Shown: piece after piece, positions 24,819 to 38,860 of the stretch
How positions within the stretch are numbered: the first letter of the stretch is position 1
Layout of the letters: each line of letters opens with the position of its first letter
DNA from: Isurus oxyrinchus
Taxonomy: Eukaryota
Length of the DNA stretch: 64,000 nucleotides
Direction of reading: 5' to 3'
Assembly (NCBI GenBank): GCA_026770705.1
Contig: JANJGN010000009.1
Span: 138,756,001 to 138,820,000 of the forward strand
Position numbers and translations under genes: made by a program
The notes under the pieces: generated by a model
Told to the model about the DNA's origin: nothing
Databases searched by the model: none
Seen by the model: the letters and a program-made list of their open reading frames with translations, nothing else

Positions 24819-24930
24819 CCTCTGAAGAAGGGTCATATGGACTCAAAACGTTAACTCTGATTCTCTCTCCACAGATGCTGCTAGACCTGCTGGGTTTTTT
24901 CCAGCATTTTCTGTTTTTGTTTCAGATTAC
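24819..24930 (+). mobile_element. Penelope pseudo-LTR fragment beginning at the hammerhead core
   Basis: CTGAAGA-agggtcatatggactc-aAAAC-GTT-aactctg...ccacagatgctgctagacctgctg; matches 21891-21970. Confidence 0.85.
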
Positions 24931-25107
24931 TCCTGGCAATTGGCCAATCCCCTCCCATCTGCAATCTCTGACTCCCATCCCAACCTCCCAATTCTCCAGC
25001 TCAAACTCTGACTGCCCCATGATCTCTGACTGACCCCTTCCAACTCCATGATCTACTTACCTGGCATGCACCTCCTGGCTGCTTTCCAGCTTTATAAGCA
25101 ACCAGCC

Positions 25108-25515
25108 ATACAGAATCACAGAATTGTTATGGCGCTGAAGTAGGCTACTTGGCCCATCATGTCTGCACCATCTCTCCAAATGAGCAACTTACCAAGTACC
25201 ACTCCCCTGCCTTATCCCCATAACACTGTACATTCTTCCTTTTCAGGTAACAGTCTAATTCTCTTTTGAATGCTTCCATTGGATGTGCCAACACCACAAC
25301 CTCAGGCAAAGCATTCCAACCTAACCACTCGCTGCGTAAAAAGGTTTCTCTTGATATCACTTTTGCTAATTACTTTAAATCTGTGCCTTCTCATTCTCGA
25401 ATGAGTGGGAACAGTTTCTCCCTATCTGCTCTGTCCAGACCCTTCATGATTTTGAATACCTCTGTCAAATCTCCTCTCAGTCTTCTTTTCTCTAAGGAAA
25501 ACAGTCCTAACTTCC
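25108..25515 (-). mobile_element. CR1 3' fragment
   Basis: acagaatcacagaat tail; ORF 25157-25360 WNALPEVVV...EAFKRELD. Confidence 0.85.
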
Positions 25516-26011
25516 ATCAAGCTGGCTGTTGTGCGGGGAATCTACTAAAAAATAGACATCCTGTTGTTAATTTCAATGGCAATTCTGGGATCCAGGTTAG
25601 TTGAAGTCTGGTATCCTGTCCTGAAAGCCTCCCTCCTGCCCTCTTCCCAGTATTGCCTAAAAATCGTGCCCTTTGTTCCAGCAAATGAATAAAATCTAAA
25701 TAGAAGCAATTTCAACCAGTTACCAAGAGAAGTTTGATTTTGGTTAGAGAAACATCAGAGGAAAAATAACGTTCTGTTCGGCTTGGTAAAGTACAAAATA
25801 AAACCCTGAAAATTGGCAGACAGCACAAAATCATTTGAAAGAAATTCGAAAAGGCTACAGCAAGTGCAGCAACTGAATTGTCACAAGCCTCAATTAACCA
25901 TCTCAGCAATGTATTCAAAGAATCCTTACTCTACAATTTTGACTCTCACTCATGCTAAACATTTGTTGCCATGAACAATGCCAAGTAAAATGGGCAAATG
26001 TCACTCAGTAC

Positions 26012-26290
26012 CTTAATGCTGTGGGTCTAGAGTCACATGTAGTCCAGCGCAGGTAGGGGCAGTGGAATTCTTTCCCTGAAAGGCTGTATTGAATCAGATG
26101 CATTTTTTTGATAATCTGATAGTCTCATGGCCCCTCTTACTTACACTAGCTTTTTACTCCATATTTATTTAATTAATTGAAGTTAAATTCCCCAGCTGCT
26201 CTGGTAGAATTTGAACCCACCTTTCCGGATTATTAGTCCAGACCTCTGGATTACTAGTCCAGTAGCATAAGGATTATGCTATCATTCCCG
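26012..26290 (-). mobile_element. tRNA/Deu-domain SINE (SacSINE1-like), partial
   Basis: gctgtgggtctagagtcacatgtag... Deu body; head reverse complement ...gaatttgaaccc...ggattactagtccagtagcataa. Confidence 0.8.
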
Positions 26291-27092
26291 CAATCTGAGT
26301 CAATTCCCAAATGTAAGAGAGGTGAAATCCACTTATGAGAGGAGCTGGTGGATGTGAACCAGGGTAGACCCCATTCTATTGCACACAAGAATGTTTCAGA
26401 AATATATTTTTTTTAATTCACCTTTTGTTGGTGGCTGCTGCTTAGACTGCAGTGGCTGCTGAAGAATCCGAAGCAAGACAGGCCCAGCTCCTGTGCTGTT
26501 CAGGGCAGAAGCATTTCAGTGTGGGGGCTTACAACAGGCGTTAGGGCATTAATTTACATAAGTAAGGGGCCTAACAGTTGTTTCAGGTAGCTGCCAATTT
26601 TTGAGTTTGACTTTTTTATGCATCCTTGGGCTATAGAACATTGGTCCCCAAAAATGGACACAACTGGGTCCAATTTCCTTCACAAGATGGATTTAATGTC
26701 AATGACTTAGAGTTGTTGACAGTCTCCAAGGATATGACACTCATTTATGATCTCCCTTTTAGATATAGATAGCTGATCATTCAGTTGCCACTTGCCAGGA
26801 CAGGGAAGATGATTTCAGTCCACTGAGCCAAGTCCAACTTGACAATACAGATTTTGGATTGATTTTATGTGCACCAGTTCATACTATCTGCTGCTCACCA
26901 GAAGGTGGTAGCAGATGCTCGTTATATGAAGGATTCACCTCTCTTGCTTTTCATATTTGTGGGTTTCATAGCTTTTGCAGGTACCACTGAGCTGCATTAG
27001 TTTTGCCCCAGTTGAACTTCAAAGACATGCACTTCCTGCCTTCAGTGCACCGTTTCATAGAGATGAATTAGCAGTATTGTGATTCAGAGTTG

Positions 27093-27192
27093 ATAAGGCT
27101 GTTCAAAAACTATATGGGATCCTTGATTTTATAAACAGAGGCATAAAAACCAAAAAAAAAAACCTATGTTAAACCTTTATAAATCATTTGTT
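27093..27192 (+). mobile_element. CR1 ORF2 3' fragment, left piece (resumes at 32015-32135)
   Basis: gggatccttgattttataaacagaggcata...ttaaacctttataaatc joins cactgattaggcttcatctggagcattgtg after removal of the inner CR1. Confidence 0.7.
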
Positions 27193-29580
27193 GCATAAGA
27201 ACATAAGAAATTGGAACAGGGGTTGTCCATACTACCCTTTGAGCTTGCTCTGCCATGGAATATCATGATTGACTTGATCATGGCCTTAACTGCACTTCCC
27301 TGCCTGTTCCCCATAACCCTTGACTCAGCTATAGTTCAAGAATCTGTCTATCTCAGCCTCGAATATACTCAATGTCTCACCTCCATTGCTCTCTGAGGTA
27401 GATAATATGAAAGAATCACAACCCTCTGAGAGAAGGCATTCCTCCTTATATCTGTCTTAAATGGGTGATCCTTTATTCTGAAACTATTCCCCCTAATTAT
27501 AGATTCCCCCAAGAGGGAAAATGTCCTCTCAGCATCTAACCTGTCAAGGCCTCTTGTATGTTTATACAAGTTACATATGTTTCAATAAGGTCACCTCTTG
27601 TTCTTCTAAATTCCGATAAGTACAGGCTTAACCTGTGTAACCTTTCCTCTTAAAACAACCCTTCATCTCAGGAATCAACCTATTTAACCTTTGCTGAACT
27701 GCCTCCAATGTATCGTCCTTAAATAGGGAGACCCAACTGGACATAGTGCTCTAGGTCCTTTACGGTTGTATTTTATATTCCGTCCTCCTTGCAATAAAGG
27801 ACAACATTCCATTTGCCTTCCTAATTGCTTGCTGTACCTGCATGCTAATCTTTTGTACTTCATGCATGAGGACACCCAGCTACCTCTGTACTGCAACATT
27901 TTGTACTCTCTCTCCATTTAAATTATATTTTGCTTCTCTATTCTTCCTACAAAAGAGGAATCCTCACATTTTCCCACATTATACTTCATCTGCCAAATGT
28001 AATCCTGCTTACTTAACCTATCTATAATTCATTTGTAAACTCTTGGTGCCCTCCCCACAATTTGCTTTCCCACCTATCTTTGTACCATCCGCCTATTGAA
28101 TACCTTTTGGAAATTCAAATATACTACATCTATTGATACCCTTTACCACCCTATTGTTACATCTTCCAAAAACAAAAATAAGTTTGTCAAACATGATTTC
28201 CTTTTCATAAAACCATGTTGAGTGTGCCTGATTGTATTATGATTTTCTAAAAATCCTGCTAATACGTTCTTAATACTGTAATGGATTCCAGCAGTTTCTC
28301 ATTGACAGCTGTTTGGCCTACTGGCCTACATGTTCCTCCTTTCTTGAATTGGTGTGCTACATTTGTGGTTTGCCAATCCACAGGGACCTTTCCAGAACTT
28401 AAGGAATTTTGGAAGATTGCAAACAATGCATTCAATATCTCTTCAGCCACTTCTTTTAAGAAGGCCATCAGGTGCAGGGGACTTTTTAATGTTTAGTCCC
28501 ATTCCCTAGTACTTTCTAGTAATTATTTTAAGTTGCTCCCTCCCTCTTGCCTCTTGATTTCCTACTATTCTTGGGATATCTTTTGTATCTTCCATTGTGA
28601 AAACAGATGCAAAACATGTGTTCAAAGTCTCTGCCATTTCCTTGTGCCCCATTATTAATTCCCTACCCTCACCCTCTAAAGGACCAATGCTCCTTTTGAT
28701 ATACTTGTAGAAACTTTTACTGTCTGTTTTTATATTTCTTGCTAGGTTTCTTTCATACTCTAATTCCTCCCTCTTTATTTTTAAGTCATTATTTGCTGAT
28801 TTGTAGAATGCTCCTATTAATCTTTGCAGCAATGTATACCTTTACTTTCAACTTGATACCATCCTTAACTTTCTTGCTTAGCCACGGATTGTTTGTCCTT
28901 CTCATAGAGCCTTTCTCAATGGAATATATCTTTGTTGAGAGTTGTGAAATATCTCCTTAGATGTCTTCCACTGCTTCCCTACTGTTTTATCTTTTAACCT
29001 ATTTTCCTAGTCCATTATAGTCAACTCAAAATCTTAAATTTAGGATTCAGACCCACATTTCTCACCCTCAAAGTGAATGTGAAATTCTACAATGTTATGA
29101 TCACTCTTACCTTAAGGATTCTTTACTATGAGGTAATTAATTAATCCTGTCTCATTAGAAATTACCAGGTCTAAAATAGCCTGTTTTCTGGTTGGTTTCA
29201 GAAATATATTATTCCAAGAAATTGCCCCAAATATACTGTATGAACTCATCCTCTAAGCTAACTTTGCCAATTTGATTTGTCCAATCTATATGAAGATTAC
29301 AATTACTCATGAACTTTATAGTGCCTTTCTTACAAGCCCCTGTTATTTCTTGATAAATCGGTCTGTCCTACAGTGGTGTTAGGGGCCCTTTGAACCATTC
29401 CGAGCAGTGACTGTTTTCCTTTGCTATTTCTTATCTCCACCCGAACTGATTCTATACCTTGATCTTCTGAGCCATGATCATTTCTCACTACTGTACTAAT
29501 CTCATCCTTCATTAGCAATGCAACCCCACATTCTCTTCCTTTTGGCCTATGCTTCCAAATTATCAAGTATCCCTGAATAT

Positions 29581-29713
29581 TTTTTTAAAATTCATTTACA
29601 GGATGTGGCTAGGCCAGCATTTATTGTCCATTCCTAATTGCCCTTGAGAAGGTGGTGGTGAGCTGTCTTCTTGAACCACTGCAGCCTCTGTGGTGTAGAT
29701 ACACCCACAGTAC
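29581..29713 (-). mobile_element. 3' tail of Deu-SINE-partner LINE inserted in CR1
   Basis: ggatgtggctaggccagcatttattgtccattcctaattgcccttgagaaggtggtggtgagctg. Confidence 0.8.
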
Positions 29714-30960
29714 CCGGTCTTGGTAAACTTGCAACCATCTCCCTGTAATGGGCATCAAATCTTACCCATTTATTTCTATTTGTGCTATCAATTCATTTGT
29801 CTCACTGCCAATGCTGTGTGTATTCAGATAAAAAGTTTATAATTCTGTCTTTTTAAAAAGTTGCTTACTTTGACGCTCTGTCTCTTCCTGTCACAATCTG
29901 GTTAGCATTACCCAAATCACTATCCTGCACTATTATCTTGTCCCTTCTCTTTAAATTTCCAACTTTCCCCTCCACCCCCCCACCACCTCCTCCAACACAC
30001 ACTATTTTGTTTAAACCTAATATACAGCCCTAGTTATTTGATTTTCCAGAACACTGGCTCTAGCATGGTTCAGGCGAAGCCCATCCCAATGATAGCTCTG
30101 GTCTATGAATCAAAACCCATTACTCCCACACCAATCTTTGAACCATGCATTCAACTTTCTGATCTTATTGACTCTATGCCAAACTGATCATGGCTCTGGT
30201 AATAACATGGAAATTATCACCTTAATTTATCTCGTAGCTGCACATGCTTACTTAGTCCTATCTATGTCAATAGTGCCTACGTGGACCAAAACATTGGATC
30301 TTTCCCTGCCCACTCAAAGCTCCTTTCCAACCCAAAGAAGATGTCCTTAACCCAACACCCGATAGACAACACATCCTTTGGGACTCACACTCCCACCTAA
30401 CTATGCTGCACCCACACAACCCCACTGAATACTACTAGGTTCCTGTTTACTCCCCTAACTTAAATGGCCACCTGTACCATGGTGATGTGATTAGTTTGCT
30501 TATCCTCCCTGCAGACCCTGCTCTTGTCCACACAGGGTGCAAGAACCTCGAACCTGTTGGACAAGTGCCAGGGCTGATGTTCCTCCAGTGCTGCCTTCTG
30601 GATCCCTATACCTCATTCTCATGCTCTCCTGTCCCTGACTATAGACCAAATCTGAAGTACCTAACCTATGGGGCATGTCTGCCTTCTGAAACAAAGTGTC
30701 CAGGTAACTTCCTTCCTCCCTGATGTCTCGCAGTGTCCAGAACCCGGGTTCCAGCACATCAACTCTAAGTCAACGTTCCTAGAGCTACAAACACTTATTG
30801 CAGATGTGATTGCCTTGAATCACACTGGTGGCCCCACATACCACAACAGCAACACATCACCTGTCCTGAGATCTCCATTATGTTTTACTTAACTAGGGCT
30901 TAATGTTTTGAAATATCACTCAATTATCTATTTATGGTTTTAAATCTAGGTAATAACGTT

Positions 30961-31580
30961 GGGTAGAATTCTCCCCCCAACGGAGGGGGGATAGTGGTTG
31001 TGCCGGGGCGTGCATGGGCGAGCGCGGACCCTATCAACGCCCCCGATAGTGTCCGCGCCACTATTTTACGTGGGTAGGCCAATTAAGGCCTGCCCAGCAT
31101 GACGAGGGCCCTGAAGCATTGTGCACTCCCTGTGTGGGCAGAGGGGGCTCCCTGAGTCGGGATTAAATGTTGTAAAAATTTTTATGACATGTCCCCTCAT
31201 ATGAAGCTGTCACATGAGCTGGGGCATGTGCATTAATTTTAATTAAAATTCTTCTGAAAATTTTAAATCATTCATGAAGCCTCATCCCGCCCGTGGATGA
31301 GGTTCCATGAAAAATGTAAAAGCCGCCTGGGCTCTTCACCTGCCCGCCAACCTTAAGGTTGGACAGGCAGCTTTCTCAATAGGATTAATTAGTTAATTAA
31401 TGGCCTTAACAGGCCTTTGACAGTTCGGAGGGCGCGCAGCCGAGTCAGCTGTGCGCCTGCCGAACTGAAAATCTAAATGACGCGCGATGATGTCATGACG
31501 CACTCCCAACATCACCCCGCGTCATTTTACGCCTCGGCAAGCCAGCCCTACCCCTGCTCGCTGAGCTGAAGATTCAGCCC
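30961..31580. mobile_element. Harbinger-type MITE, CpG-rich
   Basis: TIRs gggtagaat / attcagccc; reverse-orientation homolog of 47187-47797; internal hairpin cctcatcc...ggatgagg. Confidence 0.85.
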
Positions 31581-32154
31581 CTTGTTTAATTTATTACATT
31601 TAGTTATTTGCTTTAGGTCTTTACTGTGACTTAGCCTAATTTAACCGTGTCTTTAGATATTTTTTATATATCAGACAGTAGCTCTTATCCCCATCTTACT
31701 GAATTCCCACATTTTCCAAATTCCCTTGAATTCTGGTCAAATCTAAACTCAGTTGAAGCTGCACTCTTTTTAAACTTCATTATTAATTCACTTCCTGTTT
31801 CTTTATCCCCAATAACATTTTTAATTTCCCAACTCTTAAACCAATGACTTAGTTTAGAGAGAAAAAGAGAGAAAAATAGCAATTACTCACCAACCAATTA
31901 CTTACTTGCTTTCCTACAATGTTACACTTGGATTTTTTCGCCTAATTTTTGGGAACTTATGATTCGAAAGCTGCCAGTGCTGCTTTTAAATGTTCCGCTC
32001 TCCCAATGTTTTTTACTGCACTGATTAGGCTTCATCTGGAGCATTGTGCCAAAATCTGGGTTTTAGGAAGGACGTGAAGGACTTGAAAAGGTTGCAAAGA
32101 TTATTTACATGAATGATTCTAGGATTGAGGGACTTTTGGTTTTCAGTTAACTTG

Positions 32155-32210
32155 TATGGATAATATGGATAAATTAACATGGATAAATTAATATGGATAA
32201 ATTATAATGG
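32155..32210. repeat. Short tandem repeat, about 14-bp unit atggataaattaa(c/t)
   Basis: tatggataatatggataaattaacatggataaattaatatggataaattataatgg. Confidence 0.8.
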
Positions 32211-34107
32211 CCTGTGGGCCTAAAAAACCCCAAGTCTTCCTTTATTGGAATCATGCCATATTTATCTTATCGATGTTTATCTTCTATGCAAAGAGATGTA
32301 AACCACACATTCCTCTTATTAAATGAGGCTGAAATCCTCAATGGCCAAACTGATGATTGCAGGGATTCCTCTCAGTAAGATCTTTTAAACAAATCCCTCC
32401 TTCTAATCTTGATAGTAGGTTTAACTTCCAGAATTGGATTGTTTAGATCTTGAAAATATATCACTTGACCCAAATCTCAACTTTCTAATTCCAGTGTCAG
32501 ATGTCAGTGCTAACAGCGTAATAACACTTTTTTTTAATGAAGTCTGGCTTTAAACAAAGTAGCATTTGCTTTGCTACAGTGCTATATTTGCATAGTGCAA
32601 ATTGGGTGCCAATGCCCCAAAATGACTCCAAAGCATAGCAGAGGGACCATCTCCAAACTAAGGAATTTTGGCCTAGTGTCAGGTTGGATCCCGACTCTAG
32701 ATTCACATCAACACTATGTTATTGTTATTGCATTATATGCTTTTATATTCTCCTAACTTTCCAATCTATCAAATTTTCACTACCTTAACGATGGGAACAT
32801 TCTTGTTTCTCCATGCAGTGTTTGCAAGATTAAAAAAGTGTTGATATTTTAGATCACTAGTCCAATTTGTAAGTAATTTGACAAGTGTGAATTCTGCTTA
32901 GCTCAGACGAGACGTAAAAAATATTAAGCAAAACAAGACTCTTTGGATCGTAAATTTTAGAAAACTTATTAAAGAAAAGATATACTTAAGAAATTTAGGA
33001 CAATGACTTCTGCAGCTTCAGCCAGTTGTGCATTCTGTTGAAGTGTAGGTCACAGGACTCACCCTCTCAGGCCTCTGGTCTGGTCTTGAACCAATTTGCA
33101 GAGAAAAATACATGGTTCGTACTCCGGAGTCTCCAAAGTCTGGCCAGCAATGAAACTTTATGGAACCCATCTTTTTAACTCCAGGATGACCGTCACACCA
33201 TGTCAGAGTCAGTCTATAGTTGGTTTAATGATTGGCTCTAGCTGTTGCTAAGTAAATTTGGATGCCTTTCACTTGTATCTTCCCGCCTGAGACTACTTGG
33301 CCTCAGTATCTCAAACAGGAATATAATGGGCTAATTTCTCACTCTTCCTTGACATGATTTTGAACAACTCTTCATTCAATAAGCTAAACTCTTGCAAGGC
33401 CATGGTGTATTATCTCACAGACCTTATCAGGATTTCAAAAGGTTCCCCGCTTTGTGCAGATTCAGCTGAAACTGCACTTTCTCATGAGAGAGAGAGAGAG
33501 AGGGCAGAATTTTCCATTCTGGGGACTAAGCCTGGTAGCAGAATTGGAAGCCACAAGAGTGGAACACCCACAACCTTGTACTGTTTAGTTCATTAATTAT
33601 GCAGCTATGAGGAGTATGTCAAATCTTATGGTGTGGGGGCCTGGAATTGGCCCACTCCACTGTCACCTTATAGACTTCAACATCTAGGCACCATTTTTAA
33701 TCAGCACCCAGGCAGCCATTCACTCTCTGCAGGCCAAGGCCTCCAGATTCTGTGAAAGAAAGTGTCGAGGAGAAGGCAGCATCCTCTGGTCCCACGGTTC
33801 AGCAATGCCTACCTGGCGATTCTCCTCCAGGCAGCCGAGGGAAGGTGGGAGGTCCTCTTTCCAAGGGATAGGTGGCGGAGGCCCTTCTGTCTGAGCCCGC
33901 AGCCTGGGAGGAGATTGCCAGGGCAGGGAGGGCCCGTGTGGTCCAAAGGAGGACTGCCCTGCAGTGCAGGAAATGGATAAATGATCTCATCCACTCCGCT
34001 GGGGTAAATCAAACTTCTACACACTGCAAACTCATACTCTCATAAATCTAAGGGTTAGAGTCCACAGGGATGTCATACACAATCAGCAGATGGGACATCA
34101 GCCCTGA

Positions 34108-35487
34108 TTTTTTTTAATTCTTTCACGGGGATGTGGGTGTCGCTGGCTAGGCCAGCATTTTTGTTGCCCATCCCTAATTGCCCTTAGAAGGTAGAGCTGC
34201 CTTCTTGGACCATTGCAGTCCATGTGATACAGGGACACCTACAGAGCTGTTAAGGAGGGAGTTCCAGGGTTTTGACCCTGCAACAGTGACAGAATGGCGA
34301 TGTATTTCCAAGTCAGGATGGTGAGTGGCTTGGAGGGGCAATTCCAAGTAGTCATGTTCCCATCTATCTGCTGCTCTTGTCCTTCTAGATGGTAGCAATT
34401 ACGTGTTTAAAAGGTACTGTCAAAGGAGCTTTGGTGAGTGGCTGCACTGCTTCTTATAGATGGTACATACCTGCTGCCACTGTGCTTCAGTGGTGTGGGA
34501 GTAGATGTTGAAGATGGTGTTTGGGGTGCCAATCAAGTGGGCTGCTTGGACTTGGATGGTGTCGAGATTCTTGAGCTTTGTTGGAGCTGCACTCAGCCAG
34601 GCAAGTAAAGAGTATTCCATCACACTCCTGACTTGTGCTTTGTAGATGGTGGACAGGCTTTGGGGATTCAGGAAGTGAGTTGCTTTCAGCAGAATTCCTA
34701 GCCTCAGACCTGTTCTTGAGGCCACAGTATTTATATGGCTCGTCCACTTCAGTTTATGGTCAATGCTACCCCCCAGGATGTCGATATTGTGGGATTCAGT
34801 GATTATAATGCTATTGAGTATAAAGGGGTGATGGTTGGCCTCTCTCTTGTTGGAGGTGGCTGTTGTCTGGCACTTGTGTGGCACAAATGTTAGGTTGCCA
34901 CGTATCAGCCCAAGCCTGAATGTTGTTTAGGTCTTGCTGTGTATGGGCATAGACTGCTTCAATATCTGAGCAGTCGTGAATCCTCCTGAACATTATACAT
35001 TCATCAGTGACCATTCCCACTTCTGACCTTATGATGGAAGGAAGGTAATTGATGAAGCAGCTGAAGATGGTTGGACCTAGGACACTATTCTGAGAAACTC
35101 ATGCAGTGGTGTTCTGAGGCTGAGATAATTGACCTCCAACAACTACAATCATCTTCCATTGCCCTAGGTATCAGACCAACCGTTGGAGTGTTTTCTCCCT
35201 CATCCTCCTTTTTGTCTGGTTTTGCTAGGTCTCTTTGATGCCACATTCAGTCAAATGCTGCCTTGATTTCAAGGGTAGTCACTTTTACTTCACATCAGCT
35301 CTTTTATCCAAGTCTGGACTAAGGCTGTAATCAGGTTAGGAGCTGAGTGGCCTTGGCGGAACCCAAGCTGAGCATCAGTGTGCAGGTAGCACTGTCAATG
35401 ACATCGTCTATCACGTTGCTCATGATTGTGGCTACACTGATGGGGCAGTGATCGGCCGGGTTAGATTTGTCTTGGTTTTTGTGGACC
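34108..35487 (-). mobile_element. CR1-clade LINE (Deu-SINE partner family), 5'-truncated, inside Harbinger C
   Basis: ORF 34420-34884 (ILGGSIDHKLKWTSHINTVAS...TIYKAQVRSVMEYS), QQDLNNIQAWADTWQ; SINE-shared tail at 34108. Confidence 0.9.
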
Positions 35488-36499
35488 TCAAACTTCCTCC
35501 AGGATCCCCTTCCCCTCAAGAAGTCAGGGAGGGGCCTTCAGCACCCAGAGGGTGGAGGAGTGCCAGCCGGGCACCCCAGGGGCATCCACCCAGGACACTC
35601 CAAGGCTACCCTGCTGCTCCACCTCCTCTCTACCAGTGAACCCACCACCTCTAACACGTCAGGCTGAGGAGGGTGCCACCTGCCCCAGAGCAGGAGATCC
35701 TTAGCAGGCCAGGGCTCGTCAAGTCATGGGCCCCTGGAGGACGCCCGGCAAAGTCATCTCAGACAACAGGGCATGGCAGTCAGCAGGCTTCCTGCACCGC
35801 TGCTGCAGACTTCAGGGTTGCACCTGGATGTACTGGTAGAGTAAGGAAAATTAAAAGTTTCGAATGCACACTGGTAACATGGGTGTTCACCCATTCTATA
35901 TACTTTGCACATTTATAAATATATTCCACTCTATTCCATCTCCAAGTCTCATGATTCAATGAATATTCCAGTGATACTACATTTCACCTGCATTCAGGGG
36001 TGAAATATGCCCCTACCCCAAAAAAACTCCCATCTAGAACTTCGAATGCAATCATTCCCATATGGCCTCACCACAGTGAGTAGGCTTCATCTCCGTATCT
36101 GTGCCATCAGCAATGTCACAGAATACATGACCATGATGGCTGTCTAATACACCAGTTATCCTTCAATCTCGGGCAGACATCATGTGGGCAGAGGAGAATT
36201 GCTCATTAGATTTCTTGATTATCCTGCTGCTCTTGCCCTTCCCAGTTAAATGACATCCTGGAAGACCAGAGATGGATATTCATCCCACTCTGTCATCTGA
36301 AAGCATCAAAGTTTCCATTGTGGTCAAAGGGTTATGTTGGACACTCACCCTAACCCCCTACCCTACCGCATCCCACATCCTCCTCTGACATTCACTGTTC
36401 CCTCTTACCAACAGTACCCTGTGTTCTCCCCCCACCCCCACCCCCCGGACCCCATCACCTCCACAGACCCCATCCTTTAAAACCCTCTGCCTCCCTTCC

Positions 36500-36845
36500 C
36501 TGCATGCTCTATAACCCCCCTTCTAGCCTTCTACCACCCACTTCCAGCCTTCCAAACCCCCCCTTCCAGTCTTCCAAACCCTCTTCCAGCCTTCCAGCCT
36601 TCCACCCCCCCCCTTCCAGCCTTCCAAAACCCCTTCCAGCCTTCCATCTCCCCATCCAGCCTTCAAGACTTCCAACCCCACTTCCAGGCTTCAAGCCTCC
36701 ATGTCCTTCCAGCTTTCTACCCTGCTTCCAGCCTTCAAGCCTTCCACCCCGCCCACACCTTCCAGCCTTCAAGCCTTTCACAGCCCCCCCTCCACCCCCT
36801 TCCTGCATTTGAGCCTTCCACTCCCCCTTCCAGTCTTCCACTGCC
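36500..36845. repeat. Degenerate (ccttccag)n C-rich tandem repeat inside Harbinger C
   Basis: Many copies of cttccagccttcca separated by C runs. Confidence 0.9.
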
Positions 36846-38589
36846 CATTTTCTTGCATACCATCTGCAGCCTTGGTGCAGCTTTGGCTCCTAGCACCAGA
36901 GAGCAGTCTGCAAGAATGGGGATGGAAGCGTCAAGTGCCTGGTAAGTCCAGGAAGTCCAGGTAAGTCTCCCTCACCAGGTGCATACCGCTTATGTACAGT
37001 CATGAAACAGAGGGTTCGAAATTCCCACTGGCCTGTTGCTAAATTTGGAGCGGGAACAAGATTCTGGTGTGTTGGCCTTTTAATGAGCATTCACGAGATG
37101 CAAATGGGGTTCCCAACATAGATCCATGGGACACTTGGCCTAACTTTAAGCAGCCATGAAAGTCGAGAGAACAAGATTCCAAATTAATTTTCCATCGTCA
37201 GGAAAATGATTTTTGGCCTCCTGCCAGATGTTGCTCCCCAACCCAACACAATTGCTGTTGCTAGTGGGAGCAAAGAATTCCACCCAGGAAAACTTAAAAC
37301 TTATACATTAATTATACATTTACACTTAAATGGAAGGCCAATCTTTCTAAAATGATTATCGATTACATTGATTCATTATAACTCAAACAAGGTTCATTAT
37401 TCTTACAATAATCTGTTTAAGTGGCTGGCCATTACTTAATACAGTACTCTGATTAATACATGTAGCTAATACAGAATACAAAATGGTTTCTTCAGCCACA
37501 TGTTATCGTTAAAATGGCTTCCTTTACCTTTTTATTTATTACAGCTAATATAGTATAAAAATGTCAGGTTGAACTAAAATCTAACTACCCCAAATCTACT
37601 TACAAACACTTACAAATAAAGATCAGCTGCTTCACCATACATCTATGATTGATGTTTCATTGCTGTCTTTGAAACACTTCCCATGCCCTAAAGTCATTTA
37701 TTAACGTTACCTGTGGATTGCCAAATTTCTGACCTACACGTGCTTGGACTCCAGGAAGCCAAAGCATCTCCTGTAGCTTCTACCAGCTTTTACCAGCAGG
37801 GAAGTCTATTGGCCATGTTTCTAAAATTACCTTAATGTTTCTTCTTAGTCACATGTCATTGCATACTTCAAATTTGTATATCTCCACATCAACCAAATGA
37901 AAGATTCTTTTGGATTTTGTTCACCTGCACAGCAGGTCCTTAGTATTCACCCATATTGAGCACCATCTGCCTGAGGATACAACTGATGATGTTAGGTACA
38001 GACACTGATACCTCACAGTTTGATCCTGACTCTGTCAGGAGTGTTCTTGTCACCAGAAGCTACTTGTTTTGAGACATGTCTCTATACAAAACACCTTTGA
38101 AGCTGTTCAGTAATTAGGAGTCAGGGCTTTAATCGATCCTCTTTGCCCTTTAACAAAACTGCTGCAGCCAGGCAAAACTGGGTCAAAATAGGTTCCAATT
38201 AACTTTAAATAATTATTACAATAATAATTCGATTCCTTGGAGATATAAAAGAGTGCCAAAGGAGAAGAAAGAAAGCTATGATTCACTATTGCACACGGTG
38301 GGTAGCAGTTTGCCTATTCACATTCATGAAATGCCACAATTCAATCTTGCTATGTTTATTGATACAGCATGACTAATTGGGCAGTTGATACTTGGTCTAT
38401 TTGAATACTCCCTTCTTCAAACAGCAAAATTGTATATTGATAATACAGTTAAGGCGACCACTAGTGCACCAGTAGTATAAAGGTTGATTAATCTCTCTTA
38501 CACTTGTAAGGTTGGGTTTGACTGCAGCACATTGAAATCAAACTTGGATAGAAGCTACCAGATTTCAGAAACAAGTGCAATGGTTCAAA

Positions 38590-38860
38590 ACTTAGCTCAG
38601 GACAATACCTTGACCAATCAGGGTCAAGCTGTCTGGTTTAAATTTCAAACCCTGGCTGGCAGTTCATTGTCAGTCACCATTGCTGGTGCATTCTCCATGG
38701 CAATGCCTCTACCAATTGGTGTTCACTTGCCAACCAATCATCACTCTCTTCACATACAGTATAAATTGCTGCTTTTACCCTGTGCTCTTGCAAAGTGTCC
38801 TGATGAGTGTAAGACTAAAAGCTTTGGTGTGTCTCTTTTTTTCAGCAATACTGTGTTCAT
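38590..38860 (+). mobile_element. Probable pseudo-LTR of a second Penelope-like family with hammerhead core
   Basis: CCAAT boxes, tataaa at about 38760, then gtgtc-CTGATGA-gtgtaagac-tAAA-agctt (core at 38800-38806; GAAA degraded). Confidence 0.55.

Larger units (their letters stand above)
27195..32005 (-). mobile_element. Near full-length but heavily deleted CR1 LINE (5' UTR, ORF1 zinc-finger/zipper + esterase, ORF2, tail)
   Basis: Tail cataagaacataag at 27195. ORF2 pieces LKEVAEEILNAL...VPVDWQTTNV, YERNLARNIKTDSKSFYKYI and GVALLMKDEIS. ORF1-like HICNKCL...LRVDVLE..FWTLRDIREEGSYLDTLFQ at 30680-30815. Confidence 0.85.
33502..37285 (+). mobile_element. PIF/Harbinger element C, Myb-gene relic only
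   Basis: TIR-like gggcagaatt / gaattccaccc. Myb exon 1 at 33762-34003 (PRFSNAYLAILLQAAEGRWEVLFP...RRTALQCRKWINDLIHSAG|gtaaat). Myb C-terminus near 35800-35865 (APGCTGRVRKIKSF). Confidence 0.8.

Noticed and set aside
37711-37821. Minus-strand exon candidate (tttag...cag|gtaacg)
   Set aside because: Stops in all three frames and a weak pyrimidine tract
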